A DNA stretch of 64,000 bases, taken from a virus. Every line of letters begins with the position of its first letter. The stretch's first letter is position 1. This document shows, one piece after another, positions 16,359 to 26,277 of the stretch. Made by a program: the position numbers and the translations under genes. Below the pieces are notes generated by a model that saw nothing but the letters and a program-made list of their open reading frames with translations, made no database searches and was not told the DNA's origin. The DNA lies in the IMG/VR virus record IMGVR_UViG_3300014137_000003; one strand, given 5' to 3'.

Positions 16359-17678
16359 ATGATTAAACTAAGAGATTATCAACAAGAAATTTTCAACAGA
16401 GTTCTCGAACATGGCAAAGAAAACTCTATTATCCAACTTGCATCGGGTGCAGGTAAGTCTTATATTATTGCAAAATTGGCTGAGTTATATAAGGCTCAGG
16501 GTTTGGATGTAGTAGTTTTAGTTCCTTGGATAGTTGTTCGCTACCAGATTGTCGAATTATTAGAAGAGCATGGTATCAATGTACCTGTTTCATCTGCTAA
16601 TCTTGTAAATAGAAATAAGAATAAAATTAAAAACATTGATGTTTTCCTTATCGATGAGGCTCATCACTCTTCTGCAGACAGCTATCAAGAGGTCTTTAAG
16701 GCTTTCCCTGATGCTCAGCGTGTGGGTTTCTCAGCAACGCCTATGCGTAATGATGTTAAAGATTTGATTGGGGTATATCAAAACTTAATTCAGTCTGATG
16801 TTACTACAAAAGACTTGATTGACCGTGGTTATCTATCTAAGTTTGTTTACTATGCTCCTAGCAACTCCGATATTGCTAGCCATTCTATCTCAAAAGACAA
16901 GTTAAACGTAGGTAGTGGCTATTCTATTGACCGTGGAACTGTTCCTCTTACACGTACAGTTTATGGCGATGTGGTAGATACTTGGCTTAAGTATGGTAAA
17001 AATTATCAAACTGTCTTATTTGCTCCAGATGTTGAAACTTCTAAAAAGTATGCCCAGTTATTTGGGAAGAGGGGTATCCTAGCTGAAAGCATTGACTCTT
17101 CGATGACCTCAAAAGAAGTTGCTAGCATTATAGACCGTTATCGTAAGGGTGAGATTAAAATCCTCTGCAATTATAACATGATTTCAGAAGGTTTTGATAT
17201 GAAGGAGTGTGACTGCGTAATACTAACTTCAACTACTTTCTCTTATCCGATGTTTTACCAGCGTGCTTATCGAGCTCTCCGTAAGAATGGTAATAGACAT
17301 GCAATTGTTATCGACCATGGTGACAATGTTTTCGTTCACGGTATGCTAGATGACATCAAATACTATTCTCTTACTGAATCTGAAGAACGCAAACAAAGAG
17401 AGGAGCGTGAAAAGGTATTTGATAGAGCGGGTTCCGACTGGGCATTCGATGAGATTTTGGGCGTTGAGTTAGAAGAGGTCTATCGATATGGCAAAGGTTA
17501 CGACTCCAAGTACGATAAACTCGTAGATAAGGCTAACTCTCTAGCTAACATGGAAGGTTTCATGCTATTAGTTCAGGTACAGACTGAGTTGAAGATTGTA
17601 TCTGCACCAGGTCAGCCTGCTTGGGCTTATGCCTATGCCTTGTCTAAGGGGTATGAAGGCATCCCAGTTATGGAGTAG
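16359..17678 (+). CDS. SF2 DEAH-box helicase (phage/plasmid type, type III restriction Res-like core)
   Basis: LRDYQQE, motif I QLASGAGKSY, motif II FLIDEAHHS, motif III GFSATP and motif VI QRAYRALR. Confidence 0.85.
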   Translation: MIKLRDYQQEIFNRVLEHGKENSIIQLASGAGKSYIIAKLAELYKAQGLDVVVLVPWIVVRYQIVELLEEHGINVPVSSANLVNRNKNKIKNIDVFLIDEAHHSSADSYQEVFKAFPDAQRVGFSATPMRNDVKDLIGVYQNLIQSDVTTKDLIDRGYLSKFVYYAPSNSDIASHSISKDKLNVGSGYSIDRGTVPLTRTVYGDVVDTWLKYGKNYQTVLFAPDVETSKKYAQLFGKRGILAESIDSSMTSKEVASIIDRYRKGEIKILCNYNMISEGFDMKECDCVILTSTTFSYPMFYQRAYRALRKNGNRHAIVIDHGDNVFVHGMLDDIKYYSLTESEERKQREEREKVFDRAGSDWAFDEILGVELEEVYRYGKGYDSKYDKLVDKANSLANMEGFMLLVQVQTELKIVSAPGQPAWAYAYALSKGYEGIPVME

Positions 17679-17688
17679 GGGGTATTAG

Positions 17689-18462
17689 ATGGGTATTCAT
17701 ATTAAAAGCACCAAGGAGGTTTTTATTACACCTTCTCTACCTAGTTCTTTCCCTTATGTAAAAGTTATAAATGGTTCTTTGTTTATTCGAATAAATGATC
17801 ACCGTACTCCTTATATTTCTTTAGAAAATTATCTAAGTGTTATGGAGTCTCACGGTGTAGTTGTAAAAACTACAGAAGAGTTGTCCTCAGCGTTAGGGGT
17901 ATCTATGATAGAAGTGGCGGATAATGTATTTCTAATAAATGGTTCTTTGCATAAGATATTCTCTTTGAAGACACTTTTAAGTGCGATAAATATAAGTAGA
18001 AGTTTTGCTTTAAAGTGTAAGGAAAATCATTTTTTGTATTATGATGTATTCAAAGACTTATTCAGAGATTACGCAAGGTCTAAAAGGTCTAAAAGGTCTG
18101 GAGCTAAAAAACCTGTAAAAGATTTTAATGGTAGGGTTTTCCCATCACAGACTGCTATGTTAGAGTTCTATGGTATTCCTTCAGGAACTTTTAATTCAAG
18201 AATGAGAAGTGGGTTTTCTTTAAAAGATTCTTTAACTTTACCTCAACTAAAGAAATCTAATAAAGTTAAGTGCAAAGACCATAAAGGTCGGGTTTTTTCT
18301 TCCATAAATGCTATGGCAGACTTCTATGGTATCGCCCCTCAAACTCTAAGGTACAGGTTAAAGAAAGGACTTTTTATAAAAGATGCTCTAACTAAACCTA
18401 TACAGGTCGAAATGGCTAGAAATAAAGGAGGTAGGCGTGTCTCTAGTAGGGAATCAAAATAA
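17689..18462 (+). CDS. HTH-repeat family protein 1 (conserved N-domain + 2 copies of a 42-aa NUMOD1-like repeat)
   Basis: Repeats VKDFNGRVFPSQTAMLEFYGIPSGTFNSRMRSGFSLKDSLTLP and CKDHKGRVFSSINAMADFYGIAPQTLRYRLKKGLFIKDALTKP. The N-domain is ~65% identical to 18535. Confidence 0.7.
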   Translation: MGIHIKSTKEVFITPSLPSSFPYVKVINGSLFIRINDHRTPYISLENYLSVMESHGVVVKTTEELSSALGVSMIEVADNVFLINGSLHKIFSLKTLLSAINISRSFALKCKENHFLYYDVFKDLFRDYARSKRSKRSGAKKPVKDFNGRVFPSQTAMLEFYGIPSGTFNSRMRSGFSLKDSLTLPQLKKSNKVKCKDHKGRVFSSINAMADFYGIAPQTLRYRLKKGLFIKDALTKPIQVEMARNKGGRRVSSRESK

Positions 18463-18534
18463 GGTAATCTACTAGAATGAAGTTAACTAGCAGTGGTTGC
18501 CTCTTATAGAGGGTCTAGTTTAAGGGGGTATTAA

Positions 18535-19104
18535 ATGGGTATTCTTTTCCGTAAGACTAGAGAGGTTTTTATTACTCCGACTTTGCCTAGTTCTTTTCCT
18601 TATGTGAAGGTTAAGGGTGATTCTTTGTTTATCGTAGTCGAAGGAAAGTCTCACCCCTACATCTCCTTAGAAAATTATTTAAGTGTTACGGAGTCTTACG
18701 GTGTAGTTGTTAGGACTACCGAAGAGCTATCAAAGGCTATAGGGGTATCTTTATTAGAGGTAGAGGACAATCTTTATTTACTTAATGGGAAGTTGTTTTC
18801 TATATACTCCTTATCTACACTATTAAGTGCTTTAGGTGTCCGTATCGGAACTGTAAATACTCAAAGGAAAAACTATGCTTTATACTACGATCTGTTTAAA
18901 GATTACTTTTCCAAAGGAAAGTTCCTTACTCAGAGAAAAGAGGGAATAGTAAAGGACTTCGAAGGAAGAGTTTTTAGCAGTATTTCTGAGATGTGTAGGT
19001 TTCACGGTATCAGCCTACAGACTTACTATCTAAGGAAAGAAAGAGGTCTGAAAGGGAAAGACTTATTTAGGAAAGGAAGGTTTAATCGTGGCACTAGTCG
19101 ATAA
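18535..19104 (+). CDS. HTH-repeat family protein 2 (1 repeat)
   Basis: The N-domain is ~80% nucleotide-identical to 17689. One repeat: VKDFEGRVFSSISEMCRFHGISLQTYYLRKERGLKGKDLF. Confidence 0.7.
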   Translation: MGILFRKTREVFITPTLPSSFPYVKVKGDSLFIVVEGKSHPYISLENYLSVTESYGVVVRTTEELSKAIGVSLLEVEDNLYLLNGKLFSIYSLSTLLSALGVRIGTVNTQRKNYALYYDLFKDYFSKGKFLTQRKEGIVKDFEGRVFSSISEMCRFHGISLQTYYLRKERGLKGKDLFRKGRFNRGTSR

Positions 19105-20083
19105 TATAAATAAGGTTATCTATTGGGACGAGGTAAACTGGCAGTGGTTTCCCTATATTAAGATTGAAGGTGAGAAGTTAAAAGTAAGGGATTTCAACCA
19201 AGGTATTAACATGTATAAAGATGTGCATTCCAGAGAAGAAATTATAGATCTTTTGTCAGAGGAGGGGTATCTGTTCTCTTCACTAAGTAGTTTAGGTGTA
19301 ACTGAGATTTCTAAGGGGTGTTACTTATATAATGGGACGATTTATAGAAAGATTGGAGAAGGTTCATTTAAGAATTTTTCTCAATTTCTATCTATGGTTA
19401 CGGGGTGGTCATTGGGTTATATTTATAAACAACTTAAGGGTTTAGGTGTAGTTTCTAAACAGTGGATAGAGGAATTAAACTCAAAAAAATCTAAGATTAC
19501 ATTTCAAGGAAAAGTTTATAATAGTTATTCGGAGTTTACTAAAGAATATGGACTTTCAAAGGCATATCTACATTCTAAACTGGATAAAGGTTTTAGCTTA
19601 GAGGAGATTGTTACTAATTATAAAAGCCCTAGAATGTCAATGAAGGATCATTTAGGGAATAAATTTAGCTCGGTAAATGAAATGGTAAAACATTGGGATA
19701 TCTCTTATTCTGCCTACAAAAGGCGTCTAGATAGGGGGTGGTCTTTAGAGAAGACTTTAACCACTCCTGTTAAAAAGAAGACTATAGTTAAAGAGTGCGT
19801 AGACTTTAAAGGTAATGTTTTTCCATCTATAAAAAGTATGGCTGAGAATTATGAAGTTCCATATTCTACCTTGTATAAACTTATAACTGGGGGTATGACT
19901 CCAGAAGAGGCTTTAGAATATTTATTATCTAAACGGGAAGTTACTGACCACTTAGGCAACTCTTTTACATCATATAATAAAATGGCAAAATTTTACGGAA
20001 TAAAGTCAGGAACCCTAAGCACACGTCTAAAGCGTGGTTGGACTTTAGAAGAGGCACTAACAGGTAAAAGAAAAGAGAGGTAA
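19088..20083 (+). CDS. HTH-repeat family protein 3 (4 repeats)
   Basis: GTG start overlapping the previous gene. Four repeats, e.g. MKDHLGNKFSSVNEMVKHWDISYSAYKRRLDRGWSLEKTLTTP and VTDHLGNSFTSYNKMAKFYGIKSGTLSTRLKRGWTLEEALTG. Confidence 0.7.
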   Translation: MALVDNINKVIYWDEVNWQWFPYIKIEGEKLKVRDFNQGINMYKDVHSREEIIDLLSEEGYLFSSLSSLGVTEISKGCYLYNGTIYRKIGEGSFKNFSQFLSMVTGWSLGYIYKQLKGLGVVSKQWIEELNSKKSKITFQGKVYNSYSEFTKEYGLSKAYLHSKLDKGFSLEEIVTNYKSPRMSMKDHLGNKFSSVNEMVKHWDISYSAYKRRLDRGWSLEKTLTTPVKKKTIVKECVDFKGNVFPSIKSMAENYEVPYSTLYKLITGGMTPEEALEYLLSKREVTDHLGNSFTSYNKMAKFYGIKSGTLSTRLKRGWTLEEALTGKRKER

Positions 20084-20095
20084 TAGTATATTTAA

Positions 20096-21682
20096 ATGGC
20101 GTTAAGGGATATAAAAAGAAAAATAGCTTATTGGGATGGTGTAAATATAACTTTCTTGCCGAATGTTACTCTAGGACCAAGGGGTAGTGGCTTGATGTAT
20201 AAGGGTAAGTTTTTCAAAGGAAAATTAGAGGAGTTAGTTCCACTAGTTGAGAAGGAGTACAAGTTAGTTACTTTTGATTCCTTGGGTCTAGATATAATGG
20301 AGGTAAAATCTAAGTGCTTTGTAGTAAAAGTTTTAGGGCAGTACCGTATAATTGAGACAGGAGCTCTAATTACTTTTATGTTAAACTATCTAACATTCTA
20401 TGGACGGGGTATTTCCCTAGAGTCTATTTCTACAAAGTATAGGGTAAATGACGTCCTTTCTATGACTTTACAGGACTTCATTAATTTCCCTCGCAAAGAG
20501 GAATTACTTCTAGGACTATCATCTGAGTTTGTTTTATATAACGGAGTTGTTTACCCTAGTTTAGATTACTTACAAAACCATCTTAAATTACAAGACTCTG
20601 ATATCTTTAAACTTTGTTGTAGTGGTTCAATTAAGGGTGAAGATCTCTTTAAGTTATCTGCCCCTTATGGCTCAGAGGAATTACAATCGGTAAGAAAGGT
20701 TGGCTCTAACCTTGTATTAGATTTCTCTGACGGTTCTTCTCCTTATATTGCACCAGAGTTATTCGAACTTTTTATGAGAAATGCAATACCTTTTAAACCC
20801 AGCTATGATTTAGGGAAAGGTGATCTAGGTATAAGGGATATAAATACGCTCTATACTGATTTTTACCTAAATAATTTTACTTTGAGAAAACATATTACAA
20901 AAACCAGAGGTTCTATATATGTAACTAAGAAGTACGAATCTTCTATATCTAACTATGTATCCTACTTCAAGGTAACAGGGAATGGTGAAATACTGTCTAG
21001 AATTTGTTTGTATTGTTATTATGAAGGTTTGTCTACTCTTTACAAATTAGGAATAAGTCAAGCAAAAGCTAAGTTAGTTTCCTTAGAAGGTTATTCTCTT
21101 TTTGAGAGTTTAGGAGAACGATTTAAAGAACATGTTAGAAGGTTTTCTGATTTATCTTATTCTGTTTCTCCTACTGTCAATCTAGAAAGGAAGAAAGTAC
21201 GTTTCTTAGGTAAGTCGTTCACAACTAACGTTTCTTTAGATAGTTACCTAAAAGAGATAGAAAATTTTCTTAAAGATACTCAAGAGTTTCTTACTGTGGT
21301 TAGATTTTTAGGGTTTACACTTCCTAGCAAAGATGTTTTCGTTAGCTTATACAGGAAGTCACAAGAAGGTAGGGTAATTTACAAAGACCATTTAGGTAAA
21401 GAGTTTATGCGTTTAGCAGATATGGCTGATGCGTGGGGTATCTCTGTTTTTGCTTTAAAATATAGACTTGGTAGAGGGTGGGATGTTGAGCGTGCTTTAA
21501 CTCAGCAAGAACCTAAGTCGTTATCTTTTCTTGGTGAGGAAATTAGAGATCACTTAGGAAATCAATATAAGTCTTTTAATGCTATGTGTAAAGCCTATGA
21601 TTTAAATCCCTCTACTGTTAAAGCTAGACTTAAAGGCGGAATGCCTTTAGAAGAAGCACTAACAAAAAGACCACGAAAGTAA
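20096..21682 (+). CDS. HTH-repeat family protein 4 (long N-region + 2 repeats)
   Basis: The N-terminus IAYWDGVN..FLPNV resembles 19088. C-terminal repeats YKDHLGKEFMRLADMADAWGISVFALKYRLGRGWDVERALTQ and IRDHLGNQYKSFNAMCKAYDLNPSTVKARLKGGMPLEEALTK. Confidence 0.7.
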   Translation: MALRDIKRKIAYWDGVNITFLPNVTLGPRGSGLMYKGKFFKGKLEELVPLVEKEYKLVTFDSLGLDIMEVKSKCFVVKVLGQYRIIETGALITFMLNYLTFYGRGISLESISTKYRVNDVLSMTLQDFINFPRKEELLLGLSSEFVLYNGVVYPSLDYLQNHLKLQDSDIFKLCCSGSIKGEDLFKLSAPYGSEELQSVRKVGSNLVLDFSDGSSPYIAPELFELFMRNAIPFKPSYDLGKGDLGIRDINTLYTDFYLNNFTLRKHITKTRGSIYVTKKYESSISNYVSYFKVTGNGEILSRICLYCYYEGLSTLYKLGISQAKAKLVSLEGYSLFESLGERFKEHVRRFSDLSYSVSPTVNLERKKVRFLGKSFTTNVSLDSYLKEIENFLKDTQEFLTVVRFLGFTLPSKDVFVSLYRKSQEGRVIYKDHLGKEFMRLADMADAWGISVFALKYRLGRGWDVERALTQQEPKSLSFLGEEIRDHLGNQYKSFNAMCKAYDLNPSTVKARLKGGMPLEEALTKRPRK

Positions 21683-21710
21683 AGTCCCTTAAGGGGGCTT
21701 TATTTCTTTT
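21681..21710 (+). terminator. rho-independent terminator (second copy of the repeated hairpin)
   Basis: AAAGTCCC-ttaag-GGGGCTTT followed by a T-run. Confidence 0.65.
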
Positions 21711-21718
21711 TATCTCTA

Positions 21719-21727
21719 TGGTATAAT
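21719..21727 (+). promoter_or_regulatory. extended -10 promoter (TGgTATAAT), no clear -35
   Basis: Read directly; 35 nt upstream of ATG 21762. Confidence 0.45.
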
Positions 21728-21761
21728 ATAGACATATTAAAATTACTAGGTGGAGGTCTTT

Positions 21762-22907
21762 ATGAATCCAGAATTACTTAAAGAATTGTCTAAATATGCT
21801 AAAGATTTGATATTAGGCTTAGATTTTGACAGATTAGATAAAATGAGGTATGTTTTCAATTTTACAGACGAAGACTTTAAAAAGCTAATATTGGATACTT
21901 ACGCTATCACAAATCAAGAAGGGGTATCTCTAAAAGAACAACAAAATTCAACAAAAGAAGAGGTATCTTCAAAAGAACAAAAACAAAAATCAACAAATTC
22001 AAAACCAATATACCTACTAAGTCGCAAAGTTTTAGGTGCAAACCTAATAAACACTGAAACTAATGAGAAGGGGGTTTACTTAAAAGAGTATTTCTTCTTC
22101 CAAAATGACTTTGAAGACGGTGACCTAGTTACCTTAGAGTATGGTAGTGATAATTCTCCAGTACTTACAAAGGTGGGTAAGGGTGAATCTACTGCGGCTA
22201 ATAGATTAGGGGTATTCCCTAAGGGTATTGTTAAAAAGTCTATCTTAGACGGCACTTATTATGTAGAGGACAACATAAACGGTGAATTGTTAGGGGAATA
22301 TAATTCAACTGAACGTCGATATGTTATTGGAGATTCTTTACCTATTTTGGGTTCTGTAGCACCTAAAGAGGGTGATACGGTTGACTTAGCTTGGGAGTTA
22401 GGTAAACCTGCTACAATTCTTCAAAGACAGTGGTACTCTAGTGAAGAACTCCCAGAAAAAGCTGAGCCAAAAGCTCCTAAGAAAAAGAAATCAACTCAAA
22501 AAGAAAAAGAAGAGGACTCTACGTCTGTAACTCTTGACTATGACTTAGAAGGTAAGAAAATAGGTCTTGTTCTTGGTGATGGTATGCGTAGTGGTTTGAT
22601 GTCTTTCCTTGTTGTAGAACATGGAGGAGTACCAGTCACTCTAGACGCTCACCGCTATCAAGGTGATGAGTCTGCATATAAACATAAGCTAAAAGATTGC
22701 GATGCAGTGGTAGTGGCTAAGGATTATGTAAGACATGCAGTAACTAAGGCTCTTAGAAATGTAACTAAAGAACTCGGAATTGGTTATGCTATGGCAAATG
22801 GGGTAGGCTTTGCCCAGGTTGAAAAAGCAATCTATCGTGCAATCAATGGTTTACAGGTTGACGAGGTTGGTGCTAATATTGATTACCCATTGTTATCGTC
22901 TAAGTAA
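21762..22907 (+). CDS. hypothetical protein with a C-terminal DUF2325-like domain
   Basis: GGAGG upstream of ATG 21762. C-terminal KIGLVLGDG...DCDAVVVAKDYVRHAVTKALRNVTKELGIGYAMANG resembles DUF2325, recalled from memory. Confidence 0.55.
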   Translation: MNPELLKELSKYAKDLILGLDFDRLDKMRYVFNFTDEDFKKLILDTYAITNQEGVSLKEQQNSTKEEVSSKEQKQKSTNSKPIYLLSRKVLGANLINTETNEKGVYLKEYFFFQNDFEDGDLVTLEYGSDNSPVLTKVGKGESTAANRLGVFPKGIVKKSILDGTYYVEDNINGELLGEYNSTERRYVIGDSLPILGSVAPKEGDTVDLAWELGKPATILQRQWYSSEELPEKAEPKAPKKKKSTQKEKEEDSTSVTLDYDLEGKKIGLVLGDGMRSGLMSFLVVEHGGVPVTLDAHRYQGDESAYKHKLKDCDAVVVAKDYVRHAVTKALRNVTKELGIGYAMANGVGFAQVEKAIYRAINGLQVDEVGANIDYPLLSSK

Positions 22908-23012
22908 TTTTCTTACTCATTAAGAAGTTAAAGGATAGTGCTTAAGTGTACTGGCTTTTCTGTTTATAATAGGGTATGGTAGTAGTATAGTTATTAGGAA
23001 GGAATTATAGAA

Positions 23013-23318
23013 ATGTCATTTGTTTTAGGTAATAATAGCCATTACTTGTCTGTTGGTGATTATCTTGTTTACGATAGCTTAGAAGCATTAGATACTGGTG
23101 CTTATAGCGAGGGTCTTGGTAAGGTAATCGTTGACGGTAATGAGGATGTGCTAGTACCTTTAGAGTTGAAGGACTTGGCAGGCGTTGAGTATGCGACGAA
23201 AGAAAGTCCTCTATCCTTTATGGGTGATGGTTCGCTTACGATGGGGTATGGCAACCCTTGGTATGAAGTATATAAAGACAATGAAACTGGATATTACATT
23301 GTAGAGAGGGTTAAATAA
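23013..23318 (+). CDS. hypothetical protein (101 aa)
   Basis: AGGAAGGA upstream. The stop overlaps the next start (TAATG). Confidence 0.55.
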   Translation: MSFVLGNNSHYLSVGDYLVYDSLEALDTGAYSEGLGKVIVDGNEDVLVPLELKDLAGVEYATKESPLSFMGDGSLTMGYGNPWYEVYKDNETGYYIVERVK

Positions 23319-23695
23319 TGGGTGAACAAATTAAAAATAGCTCATTCCAACAACATCTTATGGGTGGTAGTGTGGAGCTTTTGGAGTCTAAGCTAGGTAT
23401 AAAGGCTTGTGAAGGTTTCCCTCAGTCTTGGGAAATGAAAGAAAAATTTCCTTGGGATAGCGATGAGGACTTTAATGAGTTTGTATCTTATTGTAAGGAT
23501 GCTAACACTTTGTCTAGCAATATGGGTCACATCCGAAAGGCAACAAGTTGGCGATCTTACGTTGTATTTTACAAAGGAAAATATTATGTTCAAGTAAATA
23601 CATGTTGGAAACAGGCAAGGAAACATGTCAGTACTGCTTTGTATGACAATTATCTTGATGCTTTACTCTTTATTGAAGAGAAAGTATTTGCTTAA
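23318..23695 (+). CDS. small paralog family member 5 (125 aa), dispersed copy
   Basis: SSFQQHL, LGIKACEGFP, YVVFYKGKYYVQV and YLDALLFIE align with the 14651-16205 family. Confidence 0.65.
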   Translation: MGEQIKNSSFQQHLMGGSVELLESKLGIKACEGFPQSWEMKEKFPWDSDEDFNEFVSYCKDANTLSSNMGHIRKATSWRSYVVFYKGKYYVQVNTCWKQARKHVSTALYDNYLDALLFIEEKVFA

Positions 23696-23751
23696 CCATC
23701 GTATTAAGAAGAATAAATAATGGTAGAAGAAAATAAACAAGGAGAAAGAAT

Positions 23752-24054
23752 ATGTCAAAAGAATTCAGTTACGAAATTATTGAAGAGATAGGCACTATTG
23801 GTAGTCCTACTGCTAGTGGTTGGTCAACACGCCTAAACCTTATCTCATGGAATGGGGGTACTCCTAAGCTAGATATCCGTTCTTGGAATGAGGATATGAC
23901 CCGAATGGGTAAGGGGGTTACTTTTAGTAAGGAAGACGCTAAAGATTTAGAAGTCTTGTTGAACTCTTATTTAGGACTTAGTGAAGATGACTTAGATCGT
24001 CCTCTTACAAATGAAGAAATGCTCGCTGAGTTGAAAGAGCAAGGAGGTATGTAA
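23752..24054 (+). CDS. PC4/YdbC-like ssDNA-binding protein
   Basis: EIIEEIGTIGS..SGWSTRLNLISWNGGTPKLDIRSWNEDMTRMGKGVTFSKEDAKDL closely follows the YdbC (PC4-fold) pattern. AGGAG upstream. Confidence 0.65.
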   Translation: MSKEFSYEIIEEIGTIGSPTASGWSTRLNLISWNGGTPKLDIRSWNEDMTRMGKGVTFSKEDAKDLEVLLNSYLGLSEDDLDRPLTNEEMLAELKEQGGM

Positions 24055-24527
24055 TGGCATCTAAAGTAGCATTTGGTTTTATTCCAGTACCAGTCGAAGA
24101 GACTACAAAAATTCTTACGGGGACTCCTTTGACTGAGTTACTGGCTAAGCATATTACAGATTTTGTTCAGTTATCTTCTTTTGCAGATGGGTTGAACTAC
24201 AGTTTCTTTGCAAATACCCCACTTAAGGAGTATGAAGTTCGAGATGCTCTTTGGGTATATAGTCTAGGTAAGAATAAACGCTTGGAAGAAGTAGATAAAA
24301 CTAAGTTTTATACTATTATCCCAGTAATTTTGAATCAAGGTAATATTAGCTTAAGTCTCCACCCAGTTAAACCTTTAAACCAGCTTACTTGGGGTGATGT
24401 TGACGAGTTGCTAACTCACATGAATTTCCTATCAAGTCGTAAGTTAAGTAAGTGGAAATCTAAATATGATATGCCAAAAGAGTGGGTGTTTGATGAACTA
24501 AATAACCCTATAGAGTCCTTTTTCTAG
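24054..24527 (+). CDS. hypothetical protein (157 aa)
   Basis: TAATG overlap with the previous gene. No motif. Confidence 0.6.
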   Translation: MASKVAFGFIPVPVEETTKILTGTPLTELLAKHITDFVQLSSFADGLNYSFFANTPLKEYEVRDALWVYSLGKNKRLEEVDKTKFYTIIPVILNQGNISLSLHPVKPLNQLTWGDVDELLTHMNFLSSRKLSKWKSKYDMPKEWVFDELNNPIESFF

Positions 24528-24538
24528 GAGGGATTGTA

Positions 24539-25021
24539 ATGATTATCTTTGAATCCAGGAAAACGTCACATGTACCTTTAGTGGTTGTAAACAATGCCTT
24601 TAAATCATGGGGTATTCATTTCAATAATACCTCAGAAGAAAATCAAAAAATTTTCGAGACTGGTATTAACTCCTTAAAAGAAGAGTTGCTTAATTTAGAT
24701 AAGTCTAAGATGAAGGATGTTAGAGTTTACTTCTATAAACCCGAATCTTACTTTCACCCAACCTACTTAAAAACCTTAGCAAGTGCACTTTTAGAGTTAT
24801 CTAAGATTGGTGTCGAGGTTGTAATCGAGTCTAATAGTGGTAGTCTAGTCAACGAGTTTGGTTATCAGATTGAATTAGGTTGTGTTTCTAAAGATGGGTT
24901 TAAGGTTAGCTTAGAAGTAGAAAAAGATGGTAAACCCTATTTTCTTGATTTATACTATGATGATGAAGGTATCTTGAACGGTAAGAAGGGTTATAACTTC
25001 CCTATTGGTTACTTTAACTAG
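24539..25021 (+). CDS. hypothetical protein (160 aa)
   Basis: GGAGG upstream. No confident motif. Confidence 0.6.
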   Translation: MIIFESRKTSHVPLVVVNNAFKSWGIHFNNTSEENQKIFETGINSLKEELLNLDKSKMKDVRVYFYKPESYFHPTYLKTLASALLELSKIGVEVVIESNSGSLVNEFGYQIELGCVSKDGFKVSLEVEKDGKPYFLDLYYDDEGILNGKKGYNFPIGYFN

Positions 25022-25031
25022 GGGGTAGCCT

Positions 25032-25685
25032 ATGAAGAACAAATTCAAAATGTTTTTCGATAAGCACGGTACAGCTCTAGCATACTTAGCTATCTTTACA
25101 CTTATATTTGGATCTTTATTTAACCTTGGAGTTTTTGATAGTATTCACTATGTAAGACGTTCCCCAGCGGTTAACACCGTTACCTATAAAGACGACAGCA
25201 GCATTCACCCTATTTACGTTTCTTGGGTTTATGACGAAGGAAGGAATGCTGAGAAGCTTGCACCTAAACTTAAGTCTCTTGATACAAGCATTGAGGATGT
25301 ATGGAAGTTTAATTCACCCCTCTCTGCACATAGTGAATTTATTGCTACTCTTACTTATGGGAGGGTAAGAACTGCTCTAGGGGTATTTCCAAAATTGGGT
25401 GATAGGGGTTATCTCTACCTTTATAATGAAGAAGCTAACACTTATAAGGGGTATAGGGTAGCTTACTTTAAGTCCTTTAGCGATAAAGGGGACGTAGTTA
25501 AGAAATTTAAAACCAAGTATGGCAGTGCCTACGATTCCCTTCCTTGGAAGTACCGTGCAAAACGTTCTATGAAAGTAGTTCACTTGAAAGACGGCAGGGT
25601 AGAGGTTTATTTAAAAGAACGGTATTATTTAGAAAATCAGGATGAAGTCGATGAGGCTTACAAGAATATACCTAAAGAAGAATAG
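25032..25685 (+). CDS. N-terminally anchored membrane protein, paralog of 27081-27839
   Basis: TM helix ALAYLAIFTLIFGSLFNLGVF. The C-terminal domain ends ..LYNEE.NTY....ENQDEVDEAYKNIPKEE, parallel to LYNKSEKTY....ENEDEIKSYISSAPKKED in 27081. Confidence 0.6.
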   Translation: MKNKFKMFFDKHGTALAYLAIFTLIFGSLFNLGVFDSIHYVRRSPAVNTVTYKDDSSIHPIYVSWVYDEGRNAEKLAPKLKSLDTSIEDVWKFNSPLSAHSEFIATLTYGRVRTALGVFPKLGDRGYLYLYNEEANTYKGYRVAYFKSFSDKGDVVKKFKTKYGSAYDSLPWKYRAKRSMKVVHLKDGRVEVYLKERYYLENQDEVDEAYKNIPKEE

Positions 25686-25692
25686 TAGTAGA

Positions 25693-25725
25693 AGAGGTGT
25701 AAAAGTATTGCACCTCTTTTTAATT
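25693..25725 (+). terminator. rho-independent terminator
   Basis: AGAGGTG / CACCTCT 7-bp stem with an 11-nt loop, followed by TTTTAATTT. Confidence 0.55.
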
Positions 25726-25786
25726 TCTATTGCTTTTTGGTTGTTAAGGTGGTAAGATTATATTATCAAAAATTTGAGGTATAATT

Positions 25787-26266
25787 ATGAAAGTAGATAG
25801 TAGTAAAGTTATGGTTGATTTTGAAACTACAAAACAAGTTGAATATTGGGAAGCCCAGCTAAAGAAAATAAAAGAGGAAGACTTTTATATAAGGAAATAT
25901 CTACGTTATTTTGAAGTTGAAGATTTCTCTAACTCCAACTTGCAATTATTAAAAAGCGGATTATTGATTGTTATAATATTTAACAATAAAATATTGTCGT
26001 GGTCTAACCATGGGGTATCTAAATATTGCATAAATATTGAGGATGCTGAGCAACTTTGCGATTGTGTGGGTATTTATTCAAATGGTGAAAACGGGGATTT
26101 TGCTCACTCTAAAGAGTTTTGGAGTTTCACTAAATCTAAATACTACTTAATGAGTCTTTTATTGACTTATTATAAAACGCCAGGCAAGTACCCTACGGAG
26201 TTAGCAGACAGTTTAAAGATGGCAATCAGTTTGATTGCTAACGCTGAAAACATCTTAAAGGGTTAG
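25787..26266 (+). CDS. hypothetical protein (159 aa)
   Basis: GAGG upstream. No motif. Confidence 0.6.
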   Translation: MKVDSSKVMVDFETTKQVEYWEAQLKKIKEEDFYIRKYLRYFEVEDFSNSNLQLLKSGLLIVIIFNNKILSWSNHGVSKYCINIEDAEQLCDCVGIYSNGENGDFAHSKEFWSFTKSKYYLMSLLLTYYKTPGKYPTELADSLKMAISLIANAENILKG

Positions 26267-26277
26267 GAGATTTATCT

